From Vicugna vicugna (Eukaryota): a stretch of 64,000 nt of DNA. The notes beneath the pieces are model-generated. The model saw only the letters and a program-made list of their open reading frames with translations. It did not search any database and was not told the DNA's origin. The position numbers were made by a program, and so were the translations under genes. The stretch lies in the NCBI GenBank assembly GCA_013265495.1, contig MU058287.1, positions 248,001 through 312,000 on the forward strand, given 5' to 3'. Every line of letters starts with the position of its first letter. Position 1 is the stretch's first letter. Below, one piece after another: positions 49,770-63,480 of this stretch.

Positions 49770-52500
49770 ACAAAGTCTTTGACCATAATTATTTTAAAAT
49801 AATATTAATACCAAATATGTAGTAGAAAACACATAAAAATAAATCTTAGAGAAATATAAAGAAAGAGCTAATAAAAATAAAAGCAGAAATTAAAGAAGGC
49901 AGCCATAAAAAACAATGAATTGATCAATTGATTAATAAATACAGTATCTCATCTATATAAACAGCATTAAAATATGCAAACTACTGGTATGTTAACTGAA
50001 AGAAACACAAAATACTTGGCAATATAAGTACAAATGTGAACAAGTTTTTAAGTATAAAAATGTGTTTTATAGCTCTATGGCAACAAATCCTTAGACCAAT
50101 GAAATGTGCAATTTTTAAGGAAAATAATTTCAATAATAAGAATTAGAAAGCTGTAATAGACTGATATTCATGGAAGACATTTTTTAAATATGTTCAATTA
50201 ACTATCTGCATAAAAGGAGTTGAGTCCAGAGTATTTTATGAGCAAGGCCTTGAAAACTTTCAAGTAACAATTCATGTTTATTAAAGTTTTCCAAGATTAC
50301 AAAATGATGAAACACTTCCCAAATTATTTTTCAAAGTTAATGTAACCCACAAAACAAAGCCAACGTGTCAAAAAAATTGTTTTTTCATGCTTTAACTAAA
50401 ATATCAGCAACATAAACCCAATACGACAGAAATCATTTTTCAAGACTAAATAAGGTTTTATTCTAAAAATTCAAGGATGGTTTAATACTAGGATTTTTGT
50501 TTAAAAACATTGTCTCAATAGTACACGAAGAAAAAAAATCACAATTCTCTCCATGGTTGCTCTAAGGCATTTGAGAAATTTTAACATTTATTTCTGGTAA
50601 TATCATTAGTAACATCAAAATATCTCATATCATGAGAATAGTCATCTCAAATACCACAGGCATTCCCCTTTAAGGTCAGAAATAAGATAAAGATGTTCGT
50701 GACAATGTTACTGTTACTCTTCTGAGATGCTGTGTATGTTAGATGTAGTATCAAATAAGTTATATCTTGACTTGGAATGAAAAAGTTTTATGTAACTAGA
50801 GAATTGATATTATTAACGGAAAATAAAATTAAATGTAAAAAACTTTTACAAAAGGCAAGAAAGGAGCAAAACCACCATTTAAAAGGAAATTATTTCTCCA
50901 GATGACTCTCAGAATGAAGAAGCCTCAAGGAATGGAATATTCGTAAGGACTTTTTGGGACTACCCTCTGGGATCCTCTGACTAATACCCTGCTCCTCTAG
51001 CCAGTAACGCTTTCCTCCTTTGCCACCAAAATGACCCCTGAAGAAGCTGACACCTGTGGGGCTTTAGCTACAAAACTGATTCAACTTACACTACAGCACT
51101 TTGGATTTATACATCACTGCTAGGTTTGCAGTATGATTATGGATCAGATTTTGGGTTGGGTTTGGTGTTCCCATGGTGGGTCGTTTTGCTTTGGGAACCC
51201 CAGGACCAGAACTCTGGCCACACTTCCGGCAGAAGGCCCGGGGCTCTCTCCAGGGGTAGGGAATGCGCTAAGACACGCCCACCCAGCCCAGGTACTGCCA
51301 AGGCATCCTCTGGCCCTTCACAGAATCCACCCCGATGACACTAGCACTCATTCTGTAATCACCCAGTGGTGAGAAAAAAATTGCCAGCGGTTTCTCCCTC
51401 TGGCTTCGAACCTCAGGCTTAACACGGCCAGTTCTCAGAAGGATTTTCATGCCTTCCTCTCTTCTCTGTGCACCAGCGTAAAAACCAGTCCACCATCCAC
51501 ATTCTTGGCGGGGGCAGGGCAGGGGGTGGGGGTGCAGGTTGGGGTGGTGGGAGGGTGGAGGAGGGGAATCTGCTTCTAGCTCCGTTTCCGGGGCAAGGAA
51601 ATTAATAATTAACTAACACAAATTAATAGGCAAATGTTTAACAAGAAACTGTACCAAAGACACAGAGCAACGAAAAGCTTATCAAATTATTTTTCAGACT
51701 TACTATCCCCTCAAAATAAAACCAAAAGAACACACAATGTTGATTATTGTTGGTAAAATACTAGCAACATAAATCTAATACTACAATAAAATTTTTTCAT
51801 GACCAAATAATGTATATTTTTCTTCCTAGGGAAATTTTTAAAAAGACAAATAAAAATGGAAAGGTATACTAAATTCCAGAAGAGAAGGCCACATTCTTAG
51901 AGGTCATTTCTTCTTCCAAATAATGGATAAGTCTTATATAACTCCATTCTAAAATTGCCAGTTTTTTTTTTCATTTAACAGTAGATTAAACAAGTAAAAA
52001 CAACTGAAAAATCTTCAAGAGGACACATAAGTAAAACATACTTGTGCTGTTAGAGCATGTTATAGAAATGCAATAATTAAAATAGTGCAGTTTGGCTCAA
52101 TAACAGAGAAAGAACAACAAAATGGAAAGCAAACCCAGAAATAGGTCCTAGTATATATATAAATTTCATAAAGAATAAAGACAGCATTTCAAATCAGCAA
52201 GGGTGTAATAAATGATTGGTGCTGCAACAAATGAATAACTATTTGGTAAAAAAAAAAATCTAGATTCCTCCTTTAAAACACATGCAAAAAAAATGTACAC
52301 ACATACGGTTTCAGATAGATTAAATAATTAAATTTTTAAAAAGGTATAAAAAATGTAAGAAAACATAGATGAATATCTGATCTTATAATAGAGATATGGG
52401 AAAAGTATGTGTATAATATATATAATATGTATGTTGTATGTATAATAATATATAATGTATTTATGTGTAATATAAATATTAGGAAATTGAATATTACATG
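49770..52500 (+). mobile_element. Highly decayed L1 (L1ME-like) fragments
   Basis: A-rich ORF2 relics (attcaaggatggtttaata; gcattcccctttaaggtcagaaataaga). Confidence 0.6.
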
Positions 52501-53479
52501 CCATAGACATGAGAAAATGGAGTATAATCTATATTAATAAGTTGAATCTAATAGCTGATACACTGGGGGTAATTGAGAGAATACCATCTAAGATGCATTC
52601 AAGATAATGATAATACTATTTCCTTAAATAAGAAACCTGGAGGAAAATTAGGCTGGGATGGGTTTGATGACAAACTTGACTTCAGATTTCTCTGTATGTA
52701 GGTCAGGGGCCAGTTTGGTGAAACTGTAGGGACAGAATCTCGATTCCGGGGAGTCAAGAAGTTATTGGCATTAGTGGATGGTAAAGTAGCGCTAACAATG
52801 ACAGAATACCATTTCAAAAGCAGAAGGTAGATTTATAGAGCACAGGTTATGAAGGGAATAGGAATCAAATGTGGATTTTCTTGGTTCGTGACTATTCTAG
52901 GTTATCCTTAAGAAGATACCTCTCCCACTGTCACAGGAAGGAGAAAAGGACAAAAGTCCTTGGAAGTGAGCTTGCAGGACAAAGGACAAAGTTCGTGGAC
53001 TTCTTTTTGGTGGCTTTGATGGCTGTAATTTTCTCCTCAAAGAAATTGCCCGAAGACAGTGAGAAAACAGAGAATGGGGTTGAAGTTTATAATTACCTTG
53101 GTGATAACAAGGACCATTTGAAGATTTCCTCCCAGAGACTGCAACAGGCCAGGCATAGTAAAGAAGCTGATGCTTTAGCCTAAAAGAGTAGACGTCACAG
53201 AAGAACGAGCAGGTGAGAGCCAAGGGTACGGCAAGACTGGTTGGCAGGATGAGCCATGGGGTGTAGAAGGAACTGAGAGGAAGGAAAGGCAGAGGACCAA
53301 CCTTGGGACCCAATAAAACGGTCCAGAAATTGGCAGTCTCAATAAAGTTGGAAGACAGACGGATCGAGGAAATGAGGGCAATAAACAGATAGAAAGTCAT
53401 GGTTATAAACTAACTGCTGGAGTTGAACATTTTACAAGTGCATGAGATCATACTACTTTTGGCCTTTTTAGTTAATATG

Positions 53480-53940
53480 ATGTGGTAGTAACATCCCCCA
53501 AAGATGTCCAAGTCCTCTAGTCACCAGAGCCTTTGAATATATTACCTTTCATGGCAAAGGGACTTTGACATAGAATTAAGGTAAGGATTTTGAGATGGGG
53601 GTTACTGTGCATTATCCAGTGTACCCAGTGCAATTACAACGGTCCTTGTAAGAGGGAGGCAGGAGAGTCACAGTGGCAGAAAGACATGCGACCATGGGAG
53701 TAGACATTGGAGTGAAGCAAGAAAGGAGCCACAAGTCAAAGACTGCGGGATTGCAAAGAATGTAGCCGCTAGAGGCTTGAAAAGGCAAGGAAACAGACTG
53801 TCCCCCAGAGCTTCAATACTACCCTGTGGGTACCTTGACTTTAGGATTTCTGACTTCCAGGACTGTTTAGGTAATAAATTTGAGTTTTAAGCCACTAAGT
53901 TTGTGATAATTTTTTATAGCTACCATAAGAAACAAATACA
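53480..53940 (+). mobile_element. MaLR LTR (MLT1-type)
   Basis: tgtggtag...ccccaaagatgtcc...ttacctttcatggcaaagggactttg...taagccactaagtttgtgataa...aacaaataca. Confidence 0.85.
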
Positions 53941-54129
53941 TATGCTATCATTAAGCATTTTTATGTATTTATGTGGGCTACTCTTGTCCTATGCCAAACA
54001 CACACACACACGAGTAATAGCCACATGGTAATATCCGTAACTCATATTTGTCACTTTCTAATACTTGAGTGATGGACACTGTTGTCCTTCACCAGGCCAA
54101 ACCAATTACCTGGTGCTGACATCCCGTCA

Positions 54130-54420
54130 AAGTCATTCAGACTCTGATTTATTGAAATGGAAGTGCTGAAGATCATTGAAGAAGTCCCCATGGAAACATT
54201 CAAAGACATTTGGATGCGTTGCCTTCTCATCAACTAAGCAATGAAAATTTTTGAGACAGATGACCCTTATCTCAAGTATAATTCAGAGGATTTTGGAGTA
54301 ACAACAAATGCCTATGTTTGCTACAGGGAGATTTGCCAGGGAGTGAGGTAGCCATCTTACGTCCAAGCTTTACTGAAAATATACATTTTTTAGAGCCTCG
54401 GTTAAATCAATCCATGCAGT
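54130..54420 (+). mobile_element. Tigger/pogo-family transposase C-terminal relic
   Basis: 54238-54351 translates AMKIFETDDPYLKYNSEDFGVTTNAYVCYREICQGVR*, resembling the recalled Tigger C-terminal pattern FE..DP....S.......NA..CYR.IY. Confidence 0.5.
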
Positions 54421-57400
54421 AATCATCTCTCAAGGGAATTTTTCCAGTGTGTAAAATCAAACGCAATGCAAAAGCTTTTTAAATGCTATCTCTGATTTTC
54501 AATACATGCACAAGCATGTTAAGAAGTTTGATAGAACAGTCTCAACATAGATACCTGCAAGAATGGAAATTCAGTCATTTTCAAGCAGCATTATATGTTC
54601 TGGGCCCTCAACCCTACATCCTGCCTAGGCCAGACACATTTTTTCCTTCATCCCATTCAGGTTTAGTAGTTAATCCTGTGCTTTCTGAACTGTCAAATTC
54701 CCTTTCCCCTTCTCTCTTCCTTGTGCCTGGGGAAGAGGGGGAAGGACCTCTGCTTACACAGCAGATGACATCAGAGCTGGCAAGTCCCTTCCCTGCCTCT
54801 CAGTCCAACACCGAGGGGCTGGAATCAAGTGTTGGCTCTGGCTTTGGAGTGGGGATGAAATCGTCAGATCTTTAGGGAGCTCCATGAGGGCCCACCCTTG
54901 GGCAGTTTTCCGGTCCTTTTCTCCCCCATTACCAAGGCAAAAAGCAATCCAGCCAAAAGTCTCTGCTTCCATCCATCCCCTACTACCTTCCAGGGCAGAC
55001 ACTCTTCAATCCTTGCCCAGCCAAGGGTGGGAACCCAGGGCGCACTGGGGTGCCCTCTCTTCCAACTCCATCAATAGCAGCACCAAACACTGTCAGCTCA
55101 GTGGCCCACAGTCCTTCCCCTAAGCCCACAGTTCTTCCTGAGGGTGGAGGGAACTTGGGACAAGCAGATTTCAACAGAAGTGGGTGGGACAAATAGAAAC
55201 TTCCCTTCTTCCTGCCTCCACGCTCTCCAGCAAGGGAAGGCAAGAAAATGCATTGTTAATACTTCATGAACCTTCCTTCAGAGGTCTAATACTTTTGTCC
55301 CCTCTGTGTCCTTAATTTGATAAAGACCAAAAGAATGGGGTTTAAGAAACTGGTTCTGCTGGATGCCTTCTGTTAGGAAAATCTCACCATATGAGACTGG
55401 CATCAAGATGGCACTTCCTTGAAATAAAAAGGTGAGACACTTGGCAAGTTTTATCTGGAACCATGGACTCTAGCTGGCAGCTATAGGGAAGCACAAACAT
55501 CCTTTGTCACCACTTTACCATTCTTTCCATATATTAAATTTTGTATGATGGTTGTCATTAATTTTGGAATTTCTATGTTACAGAATGTTTTTCCAAAGAC
55601 ATTCCCCAATAACAATGCACCTCTAAGAAGTGAGTTTTCCATTTACACTGGTTCAACTTGAGACTATACTCAGCACTAATTTATAATTTAGGAGGTCATT
55701 CTATTGAATCTAAGAGTCCAGCCGAAAGCCTGGGATAAATGTTTCTGAGATCTGAGGGTAGTAGGGATGAGGGGAGGAAGTCCAAGAATAAATAGTTTGC
55801 CCTTATGGGAGAATCTGGAATCTGCAGCGTGTATTCTGCACTGTGAAGCAGGCTACTGAGGCAAAGTTGAAAGAAAGTATATTGTGTCTGGGGAATTTCT
55901 GCTTCCTTCCATGAAGAAGTGACAGAGTCTGGAATTATCTCCCCCATAGCTGTAAACTAGAAAAGATTGTTAAAATATAACAAAATCACTAATTTTCAGA
56001 CATCAGTTAACAGCTGCTGAAGTCTGTCATCTTTGAAGAAAGGGAAATTAACTATGTGTGCCCTACAATCACCTTGGCTTTCTGTCTAGAAACAATTTCC
56101 AGATCACAGCACTAGGAGGAGAATCTCAAATGAAGCCACTGAGTTGAGGAGACCAGAGTTCAGGGAGACTGAGGTGACTAGCATCTGTGGAGTGGAGTTC
56201 TGGAAGCGAGTGAACCATGATGAGAAGGAACTCCAGATATCTGCAGAGCATCCCTTCTGGTCTTTGGCTGCACATCAGTCTGCACATGATCAGGATGAAG
56301 CCCTACAATTTGAAGAAAAGGAAATTCACTGAGGAGCTATAAGCTGAATAAATCCAAAAGCTCATGTAGGGCCAGGAATGATTCATTTTCCCACTAGCCA
56401 GAGTAAAGGGACCTCACTGAACAGAAAGGGCATGAAGGGTCAAGCATGAGTACCAATTCTTGAGTGAAGGTCACTCACGTCTCACTCTTTAAAAGTTTTA
56501 AAAGAAGCTTCAGAATTATTAAATTGATTTTCAGAAACTTAACTGCCTGATAGAATTAAGCACAATACTCTTTAAAGAACAAAAGAAAGCAAAACAAACA
56601 CACAAACAAAATCCAGCATTCAAGATGAAATTTATCATGCCTGACATCCAATCAAAATTTCTAGACAGGCCAAGATGCAGGAGAACTTGACCCAAAACCA
56701 GGGGAAAAGTCGGTCAATAGAAACAGGCTCAGAATTGATAAAGAGATGAAATTAACTGACAGGCAACTATTATAAATATACTTGATATGTCAGGAAGGAA
56801 GAGGGAAATTAACATGACTGGGAGACAAAGGAGAGAGGTAAAATTGCCAATGAAATGTTTAGATACGGGAAATACACTGAGTGGAATTAACAGATTAGAG
56901 ACTGCAGAGAGAAAAGGATCTGTGAACGTGTCTACATTGTAATAGAAATCCATCCTGAAGCACAGAGAATAAAAAGACTGGAAGTAATATGAACATAGTC
57001 TCAGGGACCTGTGGAACAGTATATATGACATTGGTGCCTATAAAAAAAATGGGGGTGGAGGAAGGGAGGGAGGTAAAAATAAGATTTGAATGAATAATGG
57101 CAGAAATTTTTTCAAATTTGTTGGAAACTATAAATCCACAAATCTGTGCTCAACAGATCCCGTGCAGGATAAAAACAAAGAAAATCACGTCAAGAGAAGT
57201 AATTCTCATGTGACTGAAAGCAAATCACAAAGATAAAATCTTTAAAATGTTGATAGAAAAAAGACACATTATATAGAAAGGAATAAAAATAAGAACCATA
57301 GATCTCTTCTCAGAAACTATATAAGCCCAAAGAAATGGAATGAAATCTTTAAAGTGCTGAAACAAAATGACTGTCAACCTAGAGTTACATACCCAGAGAA

Positions 57401-59333
57401 ATGTATTTCCAAAATTAAGGCAGAATAAAGTTTTTTTGGAGACAAAAGTTGAGAATCTTTCATCAACACCACACCTGCACTCCAGGCAGAAGACAAATGA
57501 TAACAAATGGGAACTTGGGTCTCCACACAGGCTGAAGAACATTAAAAATGGCAAATTTGTGGGTAAATACGTGAATCATCCATCTCTTTAAAAGATAATG
57601 AATGTTTAAAGCAAAAATAAAACAATATATTGTGGAGTTTAAAACATATATAAGGGTAAAATGCATGAAAACTTATAGCCCAAAGAGAAGACGAAACTTT
57701 GTAAATTGGTATAATGTTTTTGAAGACAGACTGTCATAAATTAAAGATGTAATTTGTAAATATTAAGGCAATTGCTAAAAAAGGAGATATGGTTAATAAA
57801 CCAATTGTGGAGATAAGATGGAATACTAAAAGCACCCAATTATTGAAATATTCTGTATCTTGACCGTAGTGATGATTCTATATGTGGAAACAACCATCAA
57901 AACTCATCAAACTGTACATTTTTAGAGAAAGCAGTTTGTTGTAGATGAATTATTTGTCAAAAAAATTAACAAAAAATGATCTAATGGAAATCAAGAAAAA
58001 AGAAGCATAAAACACATGGGACAAATAGAAAATAAATCATAAGATTTTAGATTTAAACCCAACCATTCAATAATTACAGGAATCTAAAAACTTCAGTAAG
58101 ATGTAGGATTCTTCTGGCTGAGTGAAAAGGCAAGACCAAACTATATTCTGCCTATAAGAAACACATTTTTAAAATAAAGCCACAGGTTAAAAATAAAGGG
58201 ATTAAAAAATATATGCCACGTACCACTAGTCATAACAAAGCTGGAATAGCTACACTAATAACAGAAAAAATAAACTTCACAACAAAGAATATCACCAGGA
58301 ATAAAGAAGAATATGTTATAATGATAAAAGAAGTAATTCGTCAAAAAGATATAACAATCCTAAATGTGCGTGCAACTAACAATAGAGTTTCAAAATATAT
58401 AAGAAAAAAACTCATAGTTTTGAAAGAGAAATAGGCAAATCCATAACTGTAATTGGATATTTCAACACTCTCAGTAACTGTCAGTAAGGAAATAGAAACT
58501 TAAACAATCCCCTCAACCAATTTAACCTCCTTGACGTTTAGAGACTCCGCATAACAACGGCAGAACGCTCATTCTTTTCAGGTGCACACAGGACAGACAA
58601 CAAGGCGGACCACGCTGAGCAATAAAAGGTCTCAAATATTTTGAGGGATTGAGATCATATTAAGTATATTTTTCAGCTCCAAAGGGGTTAAAATGAACTA
58701 AGTGAAATTGAAAATTCAACATATCAAAATTTGTGTGCTGGGACTAAAATAGTGCTTAGTAGAAAATATAGAGCTATAGATAGTTATTTTAGGAAAAGAA
58801 AGGTTTAAAATCAATGCTCTAGTATTCTACCTGAAGAAGTAGAAGAAGAAATCAAGACAAACCTGAAGTCAAAGACAAAAGGAAATAATAAGGATAAGAA
58901 CAAAAATGAATGAAACAAGAAATGAACAAACACTAGAGAAAGTCAGTAAAACCAAAAAACGGTTCTTTGAAAATATCGATAAAATTGATAAACTTCTGCC
59001 AAACTGATCAAGAAAAAAAAGAGGACAAATATTTACCAATATTAGGAATCAAAGAGGGGAAATTCTCTACTACATTAGAAATCCTACAGACATTAAAAAG
59101 GTACTAAGAGAATATTATGAACAAATTTATGCCAATAATTTAAATTCAGATAAAATAGACAAATTCCTTGAAAAGCTAGAATTACCAAAATGGACTCAAG
59201 AAGAAATAGGAAACTTGGATACCTTATATAAATTGAATAAATATAATTCCTAATTCAATTCTCATGGAGATAACTCCAGGTCCAGAAGTCTTCACTGGAA
59301 AATTCTATAAAACACTTAAAGAAGAAATAATAC

Positions 59334-59709
59334 AAAGCCCACTTTGAAGAAGTCTTTCACAGAATGAGTGTTACCAGAAGTGAGGAGCAGAGGGTGAGGG
59401 AAATGGGTTGAAGTGGTCAAACGTTATAAACTTTGAGTTATAAGATAAATCAGTTCTGGGGATACAATGGACAACATGGTAACTATAGTTAACAATACTC
59501 TATTGTCTATTTGAAAGTTGCTAAGTGAGTAAATCTTAAAAGTTCTTATCACAAGAAAATAAATTGTAACTGTATGAGGCGATGGATGTTAACTAAACTT
59601 ATTGTGCTAATTATTTTGTAGTAAGTATATACATGTATCATTATATTGTACACCTTAAACTAATACAACATTATATGTCAATTATATCTCAGTAAAACTG
59701 GGGGGGAAA
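59334..59709 (+). mobile_element. Younger L1 (L1MA-like) 3' end nested in the old L1
   Basis: gttataagataaatcagttctggggat...aattatatctcagtaaaactgggggg. Duplicated host sequence aagaagaaataatac on both sides. Confidence 0.8.
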
Positions 59710-59802
59710 CATTTGAAGAAGAAATAATACCAATCCCATATAAACACTGACAGACTGTAGAGGAGGGAGGTCATTCTATGAAGCCAACATCACCCCAATA
59801 CC

Positions 59803-61382
59803 CAGTCACCACCCTTAGACCCAAGCAAGCAGCGTCCTTGCTCTGGACTCTTGAGCTGCAGGTAGCCCCATACTTTGGAGTTCACGCCTTAGATTTCCTA
59901 AGTTCCTCTCTGGTGGGATCAGTTGTGGCTAGCAAAGACAACTGGGCAGGGTCCCTTGAGCTTGGACTGGGACCCTCATAGGTCTTGGTCCCGTACTCCT
60001 TCTTGTCTGACCCTCTACCCCTCACCTGGGCTCAACCAGATGCCCCTATTTGCTCGGGGATTCGTACCTATGGGGTCAGCCCAAGACCCCATGTCACGGC
60101 TCCAGTTTCAGGTAGGAGGCCTGGCCAGCAGATTGCTCCCTCCTGCTAACACAACATTGCTTTTATGGGTTTATAAAAGATTGGGCCCCAGAATGTAGCT
60201 GATATGCTGATTTTGAGTGACTCTCACTCATATCAGACACACAGCAAGTTTAGGGCTCCAGGCTACTAAGAGTTCAGTACCAGCCCTTGGGTTTGGGCCA
60301 CATACTTGGACCCACACCTTGACTCTCACCCAGCTGCATTCTTCCTCCTGTGCTGCCCACGATCACAGCACCTGAAGGCAGCAGGCGTCTTTGCCCTACG
60401 TTGCCAGAATGCTTTACTGCGCACTCCCTACCCTGGCATCCAGGTTGATCACCCAAACCTTTCTGCAGGCCCATGTGCTGTGTCGGCACTCCTCCGGAAG
60501 TGCTGGTGCCCGTCTCCTTCCGGGGGCTTTTAAGATCATTGCTCGGCACACCCATCGCCCTTCTGATTGATTTCTCCAACTTGCCACTGACTGATGTGGT
60601 TGTGCTACTGCAGGAGGTTTTAAGTCATGCCAGATGATCGGGAACATTCCTTGTACGACTGGGACTGCCCTTCCTACTCTACCTACAGGCTCTGTGTCAT
60701 GTCTTCTTTCTGCTAGAAGCAGTGTCTGGAAAGCAGTGGTGTGGCCAACATTGAGAAAGATCACATTCTAGAAACGCACTGATTATAGTCTGAAGACTTC
60801 TAGATGTCTGCTTCAAAATTCCAAACAGTAAATTGAACATGGCCAGAAAAAGAAATACTCCTATTTCCCTGCACACTGGGGTAAGACTTGCATTTGTGGT
60901 CATCGTCAACAAAACATAGTAACAACTTTTGCTGTTTCATCAGAAGCCAGTATTCATGAGTGGCAGATGGAAGATGTGACACTGTGTAATGATGTGCTTA
61001 GCATTAAATAAAAGGTAGCAGAGAATTGCAGAGGTAAGAAGATCTATGTCGTTTCAGCGCAAACAGATTCCAGCTTTGTGAGTAATAATAACATTGGTAC
61101 ATTGTCTCTAGTTGAGAAATAAATAAGCCAGAAGTGATGCATTTAATGATAGAGATCTGGAAGAAATGGTTGCAGGACCTAAACAGGAAGAGATGAATAT
61201 CACAAAGGAACTTTATGTGCACTGATGAGACAGTAAACAAATACATAAATACCTCTTTTCTTCCTATGTCTCACATAGCTTATGTATTTTGTGATACATT
61301 TTTAATCAAATTGTTTATATAGACAAAGGCCTGGCAAAAAAAATATTTTCCTGGAGCCCCATACACTCTAGGAACACTCCTG
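59803..61382. mobile_element. hAT-Tip100 non-autonomous DNA transposon (FordPrefect-like), ~1.58 kb
   Basis: Interrupts L1 ORF2; degenerate TIRs cagtcaccacccttag / ctaggaacactcctg; 8-bp TSD relic ccaatacc / ctaacccc. Confidence 0.6.
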
Positions 61383-63269
61383 CTAACCCCAAACCAAACA
61401 CATCACATGGAAAAGAAACACACAGACCAGTATCCCTCAAGATCTTAAACCCACAAAAAAACTTAACAAAATATTAGCAAGTTGAATACAACAATATATG
61501 AAAAGATAATTCACCACGATCAAATGGAATTTATCCCAGTAACACAAGGTTTGTTTAACAATATAAAAATCCATCAGTTCACTATAGTTTGAGTGTAAGA
61601 GAAAACAGTATGATCATCTCAATAGATGGAGGGAAAGCACTTGACAAAATTAAATATCCGTTCATGGAAGTGTTTTGTGTCTGGCAGAAAGATGTGTGTT
61701 GCAAAGCCTCCTGTAGCAGAGAGAACCCTGGTCCTGGAGGTGGACTAATTCACAACGTGTACTTACCATTCCTCATTCCAGAGCTGATGCGAGAATTGAG
61801 TCTCAAGGAAGACCAGTAACATCCCCAAGGACCCCCCGCTGGGCAGCGGCAGAGTCCCAGAGAACAAGGAAGACTTGTAACAAATAGGAGAAAACACCTG
61901 GGTTGTCATCCGTGAGGTGCCACCCCGCAGCGGGATCGAATCCTAGTCAGGCTCGTCTTTAGACAGATTGCTCTTGACAGATGTCCTTTAAAGCTTTGGA
62001 GTTACTGGATTTTTGCAAATAATATTCCCTGAGTTAACCTTCTACTAACAATCCAGTTTTTAGAACACAGAGTGCTCTATGATTCTAGCACCCATTAAGA
62101 CTACAACTAAGAAAAAAAGACTTTCTCTGCAGGAGGGCATGAATGCAAAGCATCTCTCCAGTTCAGCTATGTGGAGGGTATGAACGTGAGCCCTAAAAAC
62201 AGGGCAAAGCTGTTCACTCCCCTAAAAATACATATATTTTTTTACCAGCAGTATACTCTTTCAAGGAGTCTAGGGGAAACTTTCCAATGCTCTACTCTCG
62301 GTAAAGGCAGGTTTCTCCTTCCTGCGTTCTCAGCCAGGAACAGAACCTGTTTTTCCTACTGTGTGCTTTCTCACACTTTATTTAGACATGAAGTTAAACA
62401 GCTTAAAAATAACCGGGGATATATACATATTTGGGGGGATGTACCAAATATTTAAACATTAAAAAGATGATAGAGGAAAAATAACTTGGAGATGGCCCTG
62501 GCATGGATCTTATATTAAAAGTGAACCATTACCTCTCGCCTTTCTCTGCCTACCCCCATTCTCCACAGGGACCCCCTCCTCCTCCTTTTCACAGATTTCT
62601 GGCCACTTTCTAGCAAGGCAGTTTCTTAACTCATTATTTCTGCCCATTTGTCAGCCTTCAGCCCCTTCTCTCTATTCCTGTCCACACTGCCCCTTTCCCC
62701 CACAACTTGCATTCTTTCTCCTTCCTTGAGACAGCAGGTTTCATACCCTAAACTGGGAGTGGTAAGCACTACCCCCGCTGTGAGTCTTGATCCCTTTTAT
62801 CTAGAGAAGTGACAGGCAAGGGGGCCTGAGACAAGGGTGTGGACATGGGGACAGAGTGGGGCTGGGATTCGGCCAGGCCCCCTGCTAACCTGAACAGAGA
62901 GCTTTTGTGTCCCCCATCGCAGGCGGATTAGAAATGGAAAGTCTTGGTCCCAGGGCGCTGGAAGTACTACCGTTAAATTGTTTGGGGATTGTTAGGTGAT
63001 TAGCATATTGATTGTGGCCACAGACCCCCAAACTCCCAATCTCCCCAAGATCCTTCAGCATTCCCTCATTTCTGTCACTGTCTCAGCCGTGGCCCTTTCA
63101 GTTAGTGAAAAGGAACAATCATAACAGACGAGAAAGGGCAGAAACGAATAGAATAACAACGCTCATGGACTTTTGTGACAAATCCCCAAGTTTACCTTCC
63201 TGAGGCTGAAAGAAAACTATTCTATCTGAAACAAAAAGGAAATGAATAGTGAGTTCAAATTGCGTAGTG

Positions 63270-63480
63270 CCTAGGCTCTCAAGCTGCAGAACCAGACAAG
63301 CCCCGCTTTGACCGCCAGCTCTGCGGTCCCTGTGCTGAGGGACCTCTTCATTAAACCCTCTAAGCCTGGGTGTTCTCATCTGGAAAATGGAGATGATAAT
63401 ATGCCCTTCCTCGTGGAGCCGTTGTACACAGGCAATGAGACAGCTATCAAGACCCAGCTTAGCATAAGGACTCAAGACAT
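63270..63480 (+). mobile_element. MIR SINE relic
   Basis: aaccctctaagcctgggtgttctcatctggaaaatggagatgataatatgccc. Confidence 0.75.

Larger units (their letters stand above)
55900..61670 (+). mobile_element. Old L1 (5' region, ORF1, ORF2 relics) broken by nested insertions
   Basis: ORF 58213..58434 (KAGIATLITEKINF...ITILNVRATNNRVSKYIR) is L1 endonuclease. ORF2 resumes at 61383 (MIISIDGGKALDKIKYPFM is an RT motif). Confidence 0.88.

Noticed and set aside
59778..60982. Cluster of GC-rich ORFs suggesting a gene
   Set aside because: Lies within the probable hAT-Tip100 insertion; no splice-consistent exons or recognisable protein.
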